Source: Bacteroidota bacterium (GTDB taxonomy: Bacteria; Bacteroidota; Bacteroidia; Bacteroidales; FEN-979). From it: 64,000 bases of DNA. Location of the stretch: assembly GCA_026391805.1 (NCBI GenBank), contig JAPLDJ010000024.1, positions 15,020 to 79,019 of the forward strand, written 5' to 3'. A model generated the notes under the pieces. The model was not told the DNA's origin and searched no databases. It saw only the letters and a program-made list of their open reading frames with translations. The position numbers and the translations under genes were made by a program. Below are positions 1-8,477 of this stretch, in pieces (positions within the stretch are counted from its first letter, which is position 1; every line of letters starts with the position of its first letter).

Positions 1-600
1 GAGATCTATGATTTCTCCCTGAACTTCATCAATTCCATACGGCTGCTTTTTTACCCGGGATATAAACTTGAGCCCGGGATCCGCTTCGAATATGTCGAGG
101 AGATCAGTGACGAAACTTCAGCATTCATCGATTCATGCAATGACCGCTACCTTTCCCGGCGAGGAAAACCTGAACTGGAGTGGATCAACCGGTATCCATG
201 GGTGATCGAACAGGACAAACCGGATGCCGATAGCCGCCGGTACTATTTTTCGTCCGTTTCCAAACGGTTCTTTTACCAGATGATCGAATTCCGGAACGCC
301 GAAGGGGCCGTTGCCGGGTTCCTGATGCTCTCCATCCGCGACAACCACCTCACGGTTCCTTATGCCTTTTTCAGGAGCGGGATGGAGACCACGCTGGTGA
401 AATTCCTTTTCAATACAATGCTCGATTTTCAGCTGAACATGTTGACCATTTTTCAGCCTGAACTGTCGGAAGAGATCCGGAAGAAGAAAACTCCTTTCAT
501 CTTTAAAAAGAAAATCGTTAAGCCTTATTTCCTGCCGAAAACCATGGAATTCCCTGAGCTGGACTTCCAGGACGGAGACGGCGATGTCGTATTCACCTGA
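1..600 (+). CDS. hypothetical protein, 5' end cut by window edge
   Basis: Frame 1 is open from nt 1 to the TGA at 598-600. The ORF track shows only the part after internal Met 202. No catalytic motif recognised. The C-terminus reads ...ELDFQDGDGDVVFT. Confidence 0.45.
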   Translation, partial: EIYDFSLNFINSIRLLFYPGYKLEPGIRFEYVEEISDETSAFIDSCNDRYLSRRGKPELEWINRYPWVIEQDKPDADSRRYYFSSVSKRFFYQMIEFRNAEGAVAGFLMLSIRDNHLTVPYAFFRSGMETTLVKFLFNTMLDFQLNMLTIFQPELSEEIRKKKTPFIFKKKIVKPYFLPKTMEFPELDFQDGDGDVVFT

Positions 601-1965
601 TCAGAAAAGATAACCCAGGCTTACATAGATCCCGTACCTTCCGTCGCGCTTGTCGATGGCCTGTCCGTAATCGGCGCAGATGATGAAGTTCTGGTTCATC
701 ACGATGCGGAAACCGCCACCGAACGTTGTGTGCGGGTATTCATGATCGGTGCTGAAGTATTGCGACTGATCAACCTCTGCAGGGATCCCGCTCTTGTTGA
801 TCGCAATGGGCTGTACGACCATCCCGGCATCGGCAAATGCATTCAGCGCCAGGTAAAAATTCTGTTTGATCCACCGGAACCGGTAGAATTTCCAGCGCAG
901 CTCGGCATTTCCAAACAGCTCACCATCACCGACCACCCGGTTCCGGAGGATGCCCCTGACCGTACGTCCACCACCGAGTCCGTCGATGGTGGTCGTCTGT
1001 GAATATGAATTGAGCATGTAATTCTGCAGATAAAACGGAGCTTTGCCGGCGATGGTTCCCTGGTAACCGAGGCGGTATGCAAAGGAAAGATCCTCCTTGA
1101 CAATTGTAAAATACTGGCGGTGGATCAGGGCCATCTTGATGAACCCGAATTTTCCGTCGCCGATGAAATCAGGAGCCACGGCAAAGATCACCTCGGTCCA
1201 GATGCCATGCATGGGGTTTGCCTCATTATCCCGCGTATCCCAGATCAATCCAAGCTTCACGAAATTATTCATCCCCCCGGTTGAATCATCCTTCAGAACA
1301 CCCCATTTAACATATTCGTCGTACAGCCCCGGCACATGGGGCAGTTTCTTTTCCTCTTTCTGACCTTTGTTCAGCTGGTCAACATTTACGGGCCCGGTAT
1401 GCACATTGAGGTAGGTAAAACCTGCCAGCCACCGGAGGTTATTGTGAAAGAATTTTCCCTGGAAATCAGCCCCGATGCGGAGCAGGTCTCTGCGGTACCT
1501 GTAAAAAACCCGGGTCTTATAAGTCAATGAGTCCTCCTTGTCATTTTCCCATGCATGATTGTAAACCGATTCATACCCGTTGAATCCGTAAAAATTCAGG
1601 GATTTTTCGGTCAGGTAAGTAACGTCGGTGGTCAGCCTGATCTTTGGGATCAGCTTTCTCGAATCAAAGAAAAACTGGTTGATCCCGGTTCCCTTTGTAT
1701 ACCGCGACACTTCAACATAGAAACAATGATAGTAATTGGGGTAGATGGCACCGTCGCCGTAATAATAGAGGTAGGCCAGCGCCCCGTACTGAAAACCCAT
1801 GTCGGAATCATATCCCAGGATCGGAAAAGGGGCGAAGTTCCAGCCGGTTTTCACCTTTTCTTTTTTTGCTTCAGCTTTTACTGTATCGGCCGGGTTTTCT
1901 GCAAGGACAAATGAATGGAAACCGATAAGACAAAAGATCAGGAAGGATAAAAACCGGTCATTCAT
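601..1965 (-). CDS. Omp85/BamA-TamA-like outer-membrane beta-barrel (bacterial surface antigen family)
   Basis: 454 aa. Signal-like N-terminus FLIFCLIGFHSFVLA, an aromatic-rich alternating beta-strand pattern, and a terminal ...YVSLGYLF with C-terminal Phe typical of OM barrels. Family assigned from memory, not by search. Confidence 0.6.
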   Translation of the reverse strand: MNDRFLSFLIFCLIGFHSFVLAENPADTVKAEAKKEKVKTGWNFAPFPILGYDSDMGFQYGALAYLYYYGDGAIYPNYYHCFYVEVSRYTKGTGINQFFFDSRKLIPKIRLTTDVTYLTEKSLNFYGFNGYESVYNHAWENDKEDSLTYKTRVFYRYRRDLLRIGADFQGKFFHNNLRWLAGFTYLNVHTGPVNVDQLNKGQKEEKKLPHVPGLYDEYVKWGVLKDDSTGGMNNFVKLGLIWDTRDNEANPMHGIWTEVIFAVAPDFIGDGKFGFIKMALIHRQYFTIVKEDLSFAYRLGYQGTIAGKAPFYLQNYMLNSYSQTTTIDGLGGGRTVRGILRNRVVGDGELFGNAELRWKFYRFRWIKQNFYLALNAFADAGMVVQPIAINKSGIPAEVDQSQYFSTDHEYPHTTFGGGFRIVMNQNFIICADYGQAIDKRDGRYGIYVSLGYLF

Positions 1966-1990
1966 TGCCAGAAAGTTGACGGATTTATTA

Positions 1991-1998
1991 CAAAGATA
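1991..1998 (-). promoter_or_regulatory. candidate Bacteroidetes -7 box (TAnnTTTG) for the Omp85-like gene
   Basis: The plus strand reads CAAAGATA, which is TATCTTTG on the minus strand, 25 nt upstream of the ATG at 1965. Confidence 0.35.
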
Positions 1999-2051
1999 AT
2001 CATATCCCTCCCGAATTGATTAACTTTACTATTCACAAGAATCAAATACAT

Positions 2052-3362
2052 ATGGAAGAGCCGAACGGGACCGGTATAATCCGGAGAGGAGACAAGCGTG
2101 TGATCCGCGGTTGGGTCATGTACGACTGGGCCAATTCTGTTTACCAGCTTTCGATCGCCTCGGCCATTTTCCCGGCCTATTACAATGAAGTGACACAGCA
2201 CGGAAAAGATTTTACCGTCTCCTTCTTTGGCGCCCATCTCTCCAATACTGTGCTTTATTCCTGGGCGATCACGGCCGCCTATCTTTTCGTGGCGGCCACC
2301 TCTCCCTGGTTTTCTTCCATGGCCGATTACACGGGAAGGAGAAAGGGATTCATGCGGGCGTTTACACTCATCGGCGCCATTTCCTGCGGTTTGCTCTTCT
2401 TCTTTAAAGGTTCAAATGTTGAATTCGGAATCATCGCCTTTACCCTCGGAACCATCGGGTATGGCGGGAGCATCGTCTTTTACAACTCTTTTCTTCCTGT
2501 AATTGCCGAACCCAAAGACCAGGACCGCATCAGCGCCAGGGGCTATTCGATGGGATACCTTGGCAGCGTTCTGTTGCTGCTCTTCAATTTTGCGATGATC
2601 CTGAAGCCGGAACTTTTCGGCATACCTGCAGGATCATCCCTGGCTGCGAGGATCTCTTTCCTTAGCGTAATGATCTGGTGGATCGGTTTTTCGCAGATCA
2701 CATTTTACAGGCTGCCGAAATATACCTTCCGAAAGAGGAGTGAAGGCGCCGCGGTTCTTTCCAACGGATATAAAGAGCTCAGGATGGTATTCAACCAGGT
2801 GAGGAAATCGTACCGGCTGAGCATGTTCCTGATCGGGTTCTTCTTTGTCATGATGGGACTTCTTACCGTGATGTTCATGGCAGCTTCCTACGGGGCAAAA
2901 GAAATCGGACTGGATAAAAATATCCTGATCCCGACCATCCTTATCATCCAGCTGGTGGGTATGTTAGGCGCCTGGCTCTTTGCAAGGCTCTCCGGCAAAT
3001 TTGGTAATATTAAAGCATTCCTGGTCTCGCTCATCATCTGGATACTGGTCCTGGTTTTCAGTTATTTCATCCGGGATGCCTACGGCTTTATTTTTGCGGC
3101 ATTTATCATCGGGATCGTGATGGGAGGGTCGCAATCGCTGGCCCGGTCAACCTATTCGAAGATGTTGCCCGAAACAACCGATCATACCTCGTTTTTCAGT
3201 TTTTATGATGTGATGGAAAAACTGGCCACCGTCCTTGGGACCTTCAGCTTCGGGCTCATTGAAACCCTTACCGGCAATATGCGTTATCCTGTTATTGCCC
3301 TGTCGGTTTATTTTATGATCGGCGCAATCTTCATGGTCATGCTTTTAGGTAAGGGAAAATGA
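2052..3362 (+). CDS. MFS transporter, UMF1 (Atg22-like) family
   Basis: About 12 hydrophobic helices. The N-terminal RGWVMYDWANSVYQ motif is typical of UMF1 transporters. The ORF-track start at 2016 is TTG and the first ATG is 2052, so the start is uncertain. Confidence 0.7.
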   Translation: MEEPNGTGIIRRGDKRVIRGWVMYDWANSVYQLSIASAIFPAYYNEVTQHGKDFTVSFFGAHLSNTVLYSWAITAAYLFVAATSPWFSSMADYTGRRKGFMRAFTLIGAISCGLLFFFKGSNVEFGIIAFTLGTIGYGGSIVFYNSFLPVIAEPKDQDRISARGYSMGYLGSVLLLLFNFAMILKPELFGIPAGSSLAARISFLSVMIWWIGFSQITFYRLPKYTFRKRSEGAAVLSNGYKELRMVFNQVRKSYRLSMFLIGFFFVMMGLLTVMFMAASYGAKEIGLDKNILIPTILIIQLVGMLGAWLFARLSGKFGNIKAFLVSLIIWILVLVFSYFIRDAYGFIFAAFIIGIVMGGSQSLARSTYSKMLPETTDHTSFFSFYDVMEKLATVLGTFSFGLIETLTGNMRYPVIALSVYFMIGAIFMVMLLGKGK

Positions 3363-3445
3363 TCTCTCCATCATAAAGTGTTAAGATTTTTTCCCATTTT
3401 TCTTCAGAATTCCGTAAATTAGAGGATTATTAAAAAACCACAACA

Positions 3446-3667
3446 ATGGACGAGTTTGTAAAAATCCTAGATTTGAACAATGAGTTTGAAGCGGAACGGA
3501 TCAAGGAGATCCTGGATGAAAAGAATATCCCGTACGGGATCATTCCTGTTTCCGATTCGGTTTTTGGAAGCATCGAGATGCTTGAGAATGGATTCGGATA
3601 CCTGGAAGCTCCCGGGATATACAGGGATGAAATCCTTGCGATCTTTGCCGAGATCTCCGGGAAATGA
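3446..3667 (+). CDS. small hypothetical protein (73 aa), possibly DUF2007-like
   Basis: Clean ATG-to-TGA ORF in an otherwise empty spacer, acidic, with no motif. The antisense ORFs of equal length are less protein-like. Confidence 0.4.
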   Translation: MDEFVKILDLNNEFEAERIKEILDEKNIPYGIIPVSDSVFGSIEMLENGFGYLEAPGIYRDEILAIFAEISGK

Positions 3668-3685
3668 CGTTATCTGAAATAATAA

Positions 3686-3793
3686 TTTCACGCAGAGAAC
3701 GCAAAGAAAAACGCAAAGGACGCAGAATGTAATTTCATATTAACGATTTCTTTGCGGTCTTTGCGACATACCATTGCGGCCTTTGCGTGAAAT
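3686..3793. repeat. long imperfect hairpin element, GCAAAG family (copy 1)
   Basis: The left arm is TTTCACGCAGAGAACGCAAAGAAAAACGCAAAGGACGCAGA. The right arm is TCTTTGCGGTCTTTGCGACATACCATTGCGGCCTTTGCGTGAAAT, an inverted complement around an AT-rich loop. Same architecture as 47781-47887 and 61818-61924. Confidence 0.7.
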
Positions 3794-3891
3794 ATTTTTC
3801 GATATCCTTCTGAAGAGGTAAGTATTTGAGTTCTTTCCCGCCTCTTTTCCATCTTTTTCAAATCAAAATATTATCTGCTATCTTTGCAGCA

Positions 3892-5715
3892 GTGAAGAAC
3901 TTTTTCAAAATATTGCGATATGCCGGCCCTTACTGGGGTTATGCCTCGCTGAATGTACTTTTCAATATCCTCGCTGTTTTCTTTTCGCTGGTCTCCTTTG
4001 CCCTTTTCATTCCAATCCTGCAGATGCTCTTCAAGCAGATCACCATTCCGGATGTGGCTCCTGCCTGGAACTGGCATGACACGAAGGCGATGACCGAGAA
4101 TTTCTATTATTATTGCGGGGGACTGATCCATCATTATGGTGAAAAAACGGTGCTGCTCTACATCTGCATCATCATCGTCGTATTGTATTTTTTCAAGAAT
4201 TTCTTTCGTTACATGGCGATGTATTTTCTCGCCGTGGTCAGGAACGGTGTGGTAAAGGATCTTCGCAACGGCCTCTACAAGCAGATCCTGATCCTGCCGC
4301 TTTCGTATTACAATGAACAGCGGAAAGGCGATATCATTGCGCGCATGACGAATGATGTCCAGGAAATTGAATGGTCGATCATGAGCTCGCTGGAGATGGC
4401 GTTCCGCGACCCGATCACCCTGCTGGCATACATCGGTACACTCTTCGCCCTCAGCCCCTCCCTGACCATCTTTGTCCTGGTACTGCTGCCGGTCAGCGGA
4501 GTTATCATCGGACGCATCGGCAAGAGCCTGAAACGTACTTCCGACAAGGGACAAAAGAAGATGGGCGTCATCCTTTCGATCATTGAAGAGACCATTTCGG
4601 GCCTGCGCATCATCAAGGCGTTCAACGCCATTACATTCGCTGAAAACAGGTTCAGCAAGACCAACCAGGAATATACCCGGCTTATGATCCGGCTATACCG
4701 CAAGCGGGACCTGGCTTCCCCGCTGAGTGAATTCCTCAGCGTCCTGGTCGTGTGCATCGTTCTCTACTATGGCGGTAACCTGGTTTTCACCCATGGAAAT
4801 TTACTGGATGCTGCAACATTCCTCGTTTACATCGGCATCTTCTCCCAGCTGATGCCGCCGGCCAAAGCCATCACCCAGGCCTATTACAACATCCAGAAAG
4901 GCGCTGCATCGGTGGAAAGGATCACCCAGGTGCTGCAGGAGCCTGAGATCATTGAGGAAAAGCCTGATGCCATTGCAAAAAAGGATTTCAGCAATGAGAT
5001 CGTTTACAAGGGTGTCACCTTCCGGTATATTGCAGAGGATGTGCTGAAGGATATCAGCCTGACCATTAAAAAAGGAAAAACCATTGCCCTCGTGGGTCCT
5101 TCCGGCGGCGGTAAATCAACGATGGTCGACCTTCTGCCCCGTTTTTATGACTGTACCGGGGGGCAGATCATGATCGACGGTTTACCCATCCGTGACCTTG
5201 TGATCAATGACCTGAGGGGAATGATGGGCATTGTTTCGCAGGAGACCATTCTTTTCAACGACACGATCTTCAACAACATCGCTTTCGGCATGGAGAACGT
5301 CAGCGAGGAGGATGTGATCGCAGCAGCGAAAGTGGCCAACGCACATGAATTCGTTGAAAAAATGGCCGATGGATACTATACCAACATCGGCGACCGCGGC
5401 ACAAAATTGTCGGGCGGCCAGCGTCAGCGGTTAAGCATTGCAAGGGCGGTACTGAAGAACCCGCCGATCCTGATCCTGGATGAAGCCACCTCGGCCCTGG
5501 ATACGGAATCGGAGCGGCTTGTTCAACAGGCGCTTGAGAACCTCATGCGGAACCGGACCTCCATCGTCATTGCCCACCGCCTTTCCACCATCCAGTTCGC
5601 CGACGAGATCATCGTCATCCAGGATGGCGTTATTGTCGAACGTGGAACCCACCTGGGACTGCTCGAAGACAATAAGGTATACAGGAAACTTTACGACCTC
5701 CAGTCCTTCGTCTGA
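3892..5715 (+). CDS. ABC exporter, fused permease/ATPase (MsbA-like lipid/multidrug exporter)
   Basis: Six-helix TMD followed by an NBD with Walker A GPSGGGKST, signature LSGGQRQR and Walker B ILILDEATSALD. There is no ATG near the N-terminus. The GTG at 3892 (VKNFFKILRYAGPYW...) fits the usual family start, whereas the track start at 3826 is TTG inside the repeat flank. Confidence 0.85.
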   Translation: MKNFFKILRYAGPYWGYASLNVLFNILAVFFSLVSFALFIPILQMLFKQITIPDVAPAWNWHDTKAMTENFYYYCGGLIHHYGEKTVLLYICIIIVVLYFFKNFFRYMAMYFLAVVRNGVVKDLRNGLYKQILILPLSYYNEQRKGDIIARMTNDVQEIEWSIMSSLEMAFRDPITLLAYIGTLFALSPSLTIFVLVLLPVSGVIIGRIGKSLKRTSDKGQKKMGVILSIIEETISGLRIIKAFNAITFAENRFSKTNQEYTRLMIRLYRKRDLASPLSEFLSVLVVCIVLYYGGNLVFTHGNLLDAATFLVYIGIFSQLMPPAKAITQAYYNIQKGAASVERITQVLQEPEIIEEKPDAIAKKDFSNEIVYKGVTFRYIAEDVLKDISLTIKKGKTIALVGPSGGGKSTMVDLLPRFYDCTGGQIMIDGLPIRDLVINDLRGMMGIVSQETILFNDTIFNNIAFGMENVSEEDVIAAAKVANAHEFVEKMADGYYTNIGDRGTKLSGGQRQRLSIARAVLKNPPILILDEATSALDTESERLVQQALENLMRNRTSIVIAHRLSTIQFADEIIVIQDGVIVERGTHLGLLEDNKVYRKLYDLQSFV

Positions 5716-5719
5716 GTTT

Positions 5720-7510
5720 TCAGAACAGCGGTGCTGTTTTCTTGAGGATCCTCCGGTAAAATGAGAGTACATTCGAACGGGAAATGAACCCAACGTATTT
5801 CCCGTTCCGCGTAACCGGAATGTTCCAGTAGCTGGAATTCTCCAGTTTTTCCATCGCCACATCCATGTGCTCACCCTCTTCGATGGTAACAATATCACTG
5901 GTGACAATATCCTGTACGGTCAGCTTTTCATGAAGTTCAGTCTGGAACAAAAGCGCTTTGATCCGGTCGAGCTGAACGATCCCGATAAAATTATCATCCT
6001 CATCAATTACCGGAAAGATATTCCTGTTACTGCTGGTAAAAGCCTCGATCAGCTTTGTGAACGGGTCGTCGATGCGAACCCGGATAAAATCCGTTTCAAT
6101 CAGGTCATCGAGAACGATCTGCCGGAGGACATTGCTGTCCTTGTCATCGGTGAAAAGATGACCTTTCTGGGCGAGTTTCTTGGTGTAAACGGAATAGGGC
6201 TCAAAGTACCTGCTGATGAAATAGGAAATGGCAGATACGATCATCAGCGGCACGAACAGGACATATCCGCCGGTGATCTCTGCAATGAGAAAGATGGCTG
6301 TGAGCGGTGCATGTATGACGCCCGCCAGGATCCCCGCCATTCCGACAGCGACAAAATTATTGACGTGGAGGTTGCTTATGCCGGTCAGGTTGACAAGGAA
6401 TGCCAGTCCGAACCCGGTAAGGGCGCCGATAAAAAGCGATGGTGCAAAGATCCCTCCGTTACCGCCCGATCCCAGTGTCAAAGCGGTGGCAATAGGTTTG
6501 ATCAGCACGATCAGCAGGACAATCATCAGAAGAATCCAGGGATTGTCTTTGAATGCCATGAAAGGTCCGTTTGCGACTACTTCCCCGATGGAACCTTTAA
6601 GCAGGGCGCTGACGGTTATATACCCTTCGCCGTAAAGAGCCGGAAACAGAAAGATCAGTCCTCCCAGCAACAATCCCCCGAGGAGGGCTTTGAGGTAATT
6701 CTCACGCTTTGTTTCCATCCTGCCTTCTATGAAATGCGTCACCCGGGAGGTATAGACTGAAACCAGTCCGGTGATGATCCCGAGGAGAACATAGAAGGGC
6801 AGGGCATGGAAGTACCAGTCGTTGGTGATGAGGTAGAAAAGATGCCCGCTGTACAGCAGCTTTGAGACAATGCTGGATGTGGCCGTTGCAATGAGGAGGG
6901 GGATGAAGGCCGGGATCGTTATATCCGTAAGCAGCACTTCGATGGCAAAAATGACGCCTGCGATGGGGCTGTTGAAAACGGCAGCGATACCGGATGCCGC
7001 GCCGCAGGCCAGGAGCAGGATGCGCTCACGGTCGCCGAAACGCAGCCGCATGGCGATATTCGACCCGATGGCTGAACCGGTGATGACGATCGGGGCTTCC
7101 AGCCCTGCACTTCCGCCGAAGCCAACAGTGATGCCGCTGGTGATGATATGGGAATAGGTTTTATTTCTGTCGACCCGTCCGGAACGGCGTACAATGGAGA
7201 ACATGATGCTGCCCAGCCCACGTTCGAGTTTTCCTTTGAAGAAGACCCTGATCACCACAACCGTGATCAGTATCCCCGTCACAGGCAAAACAAGGTACCA
7301 GATGTGACTGTCGGACCACCGGAAGAGAAATTCCGGTACCCGCTGCATCAGGTGCACAAGGGATTTGAGGAGGATGGCGGCGAGGGCTGAAATGATCCCG
7401 ACCATGATGCTCGCCAGGATCAGAAAGGTCCGGCTCCCCGCGTGGCTTTCTCTCCAGGTGATAATACTCTTTTGAATCTTTTCAAACACCTTGGCCAGTA
7501 TAAATGACAT
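5720..7510 (-). CDS. ClC voltage-gated chloride channel/antiporter with C-terminal CBS pair
   Basis: Selectivity-filter-like motifs GGSAGLEAP and GGIFAPSLFIGA, about 10 TM helices, and a C-terminal CBS-like tandem. The track ORF runs up to 7765 and overlaps the next gene. Met 7510 (MSFILAKVF...) starts the conserved part. Confidence 0.85.
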   Translation of the reverse strand: MSFILAKVFEKIQKSIITWRESHAGSRTFLILASIMVGIISALAAILLKSLVHLMQRVPEFLFRWSDSHIWYLVLPVTGILITVVVIRVFFKGKLERGLGSIMFSIVRRSGRVDRNKTYSHIITSGITVGFGGSAGLEAPIVITGSAIGSNIAMRLRFGDRERILLLACGAASGIAAVFNSPIAGVIFAIEVLLTDITIPAFIPLLIATATSSIVSKLLYSGHLFYLITNDWYFHALPFYVLLGIITGLVSVYTSRVTHFIEGRMETKRENYLKALLGGLLLGGLIFLFPALYGEGYITVSALLKGSIGEVVANGPFMAFKDNPWILLMIVLLIVLIKPIATALTLGSGGNGGIFAPSLFIGALTGFGLAFLVNLTGISNLHVNNFVAVGMAGILAGVIHAPLTAIFLIAEITGGYVLFVPLMIVSAISYFISRYFEPYSVYTKKLAQKGHLFTDDKDSNVLRQIVLDDLIETDFIRVRIDDPFTKLIEAFTSSNRNIFPVIDEDDNFIGIVQLDRIKALLFQTELHEKLTVQDIVTSDIVTIEEGEHMDVAMEKLENSSYWNIPVTRNGKYVGFISRSNVLSFYRRILKKTAPLF

Positions 7511-7516
7511 CTGCCT

Positions 7517-7524
7517 CAAAGATA
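7517..7524 (-). promoter_or_regulatory. candidate -7 box (TATCTTTG) for the ClC gene
   Basis: The plus strand reads CAAAGATA only 6 nt upstream of ATG 7510. This implies a leaderless or near-leaderless mRNA. Confidence 0.4.
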
Positions 7525-7563
7525 GGCAAAATTGATCCGAACCGGAAATGATTGAAAAATGTG

Positions 7564-8415
7564 TTACAGCCTGACCATTCCGATCATCAGCTCTTCCACC
7601 TTTGCTTTCAGGACTTTTGTTCTGCAGCCGTAATTGTTGATGATGAGGGTGAAGATCAGTTTTTTCCCGCTGAGTGTCCTGACATACCCTGCATAGCTCC
7701 TGACGCCCCCGAGCGATCCGGTCTTGGCCCGGATCCTGCCTTCCCCGCAGCTTCCGACCAGCCATTTGTGCATCGTGCCGGAGATGCCGGCGAGCGGGAG
7801 TGAATTGTAAAACACCGGGAACACCGAAGAGGTGGTCATCTTGAAAAGGACCTCTGCCAGCAGTCTCGGAGTTGCGATGTTATCATGCGACCGGCCGCTT
7901 CCATCGATAAGATTGAGACCCCTTGTATCAATGCCACGCTCCTCCCAGTATTCCATTACAGCCTGCGAGCCGTGCAGAAAATCGTATTTGCCGTATTTCT
8001 CCTGTCCGATTTTCTGCATCAGCCGGTTGGCCCGCCAGTTGACGCTGAAAAGGTTGGTAACCGTTACTTCCTTGAAAATCGGTTCCCCGAAAATTTCCAG
8101 CGCCGCGGCCGTCGTGAGGATCTTCTGGGTCGAAGCCGGGGTCATTCCCAGCGAGCCGTTGTGTTCAAAGATCACCTTTGGCAACCCTTTCGTGAAGTCA
8201 TAAATTACATAGCCGACAATTGCAGATCTGAAACAGGGATCCTTCAGAAAACGTGAAATTTCTGCAGCCAGGGTATCGTGCCGGGCTTTCTCATTCATTA
8301 AGACTGCTGCTGAATCAGCTTTTCCCCTGTTACCGGAGGAATCCTTTCCATGCCCGCAGGAAAGCGAGAGAAGAATGACAGGAAGAAGAAGGGAAAAGAG
8401 TAATTTTCGATACAT
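7564..8415 (-). CDS. short PBP4-family (peptidase S13) D-Ala-D-Ala carboxypeptidase/endopeptidase-like lipoprotein lacking the inserted domains
   Basis: 283 aa. Lipobox LLSLSC, SxxK (PASTQK), DGSGRSHDN and KTGS motifs all present. The roughly 220 aa found between SxxK and the second motif in the neighbouring 504-aa paralog are absent. Confidence 0.7.
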   Translation of the reverse strand: MYRKLLFSLLLPVILLSLSCGHGKDSSGNRGKADSAAVLMNEKARHDTLAAEISRFLKDPCFRSAIVGYVIYDFTKGLPKVIFEHNGSLGMTPASTQKILTTAAALEIFGEPIFKEVTVTNLFSVNWRANRLMQKIGQEKYGKYDFLHGSQAVMEYWEERGIDTRGLNLIDGSGRSHDNIATPRLLAEVLFKMTTSSVFPVFYNSLPLAGISGTMHKWLVGSCGEGRIRAKTGSLGGVRSYAGYVRTLSGKKLIFTLIINNYGCRTKVLKAKVEELMIGMVRL

Positions 8416-8477
8416 CGGTCTTGCAAAGGATTGGTTGCAAAGATCGCAAAAAAGTTCAGATCACGATGGGTCCGGGT

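Noticed and set aside
202-600. ORF-track start at Met 202 for the first gene.
   Set aside because: The same frame is open back to nt 1, so the gene most likely begins upstream of the window.
5867-6760. 297-aa ORF antisense to the ClC channel gene. Comparable shadows lie at 45693-46496 (serS), 32078-32710 (FAAL2), 37651-38280 (Wzx), 40303-41202 (BNR protein), and 58077-58844 and 58902-59576 (paralog B).
   Set aside because: Each lies wholly inside a gene with strong family motifs on the other strand, and none has a recognisable domain, signal or promoter box.
7511-7765. N-terminal 85-codon extension of the ClC ORF given in the track (start 7765).
   Set aside because: It overlaps the 3' end of the PBP4-like gene by about 200 nt and is Arg/Gln-rich with no hydrophobic segment. 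A TAnnTTTG box sits just upstream of Met 7510.
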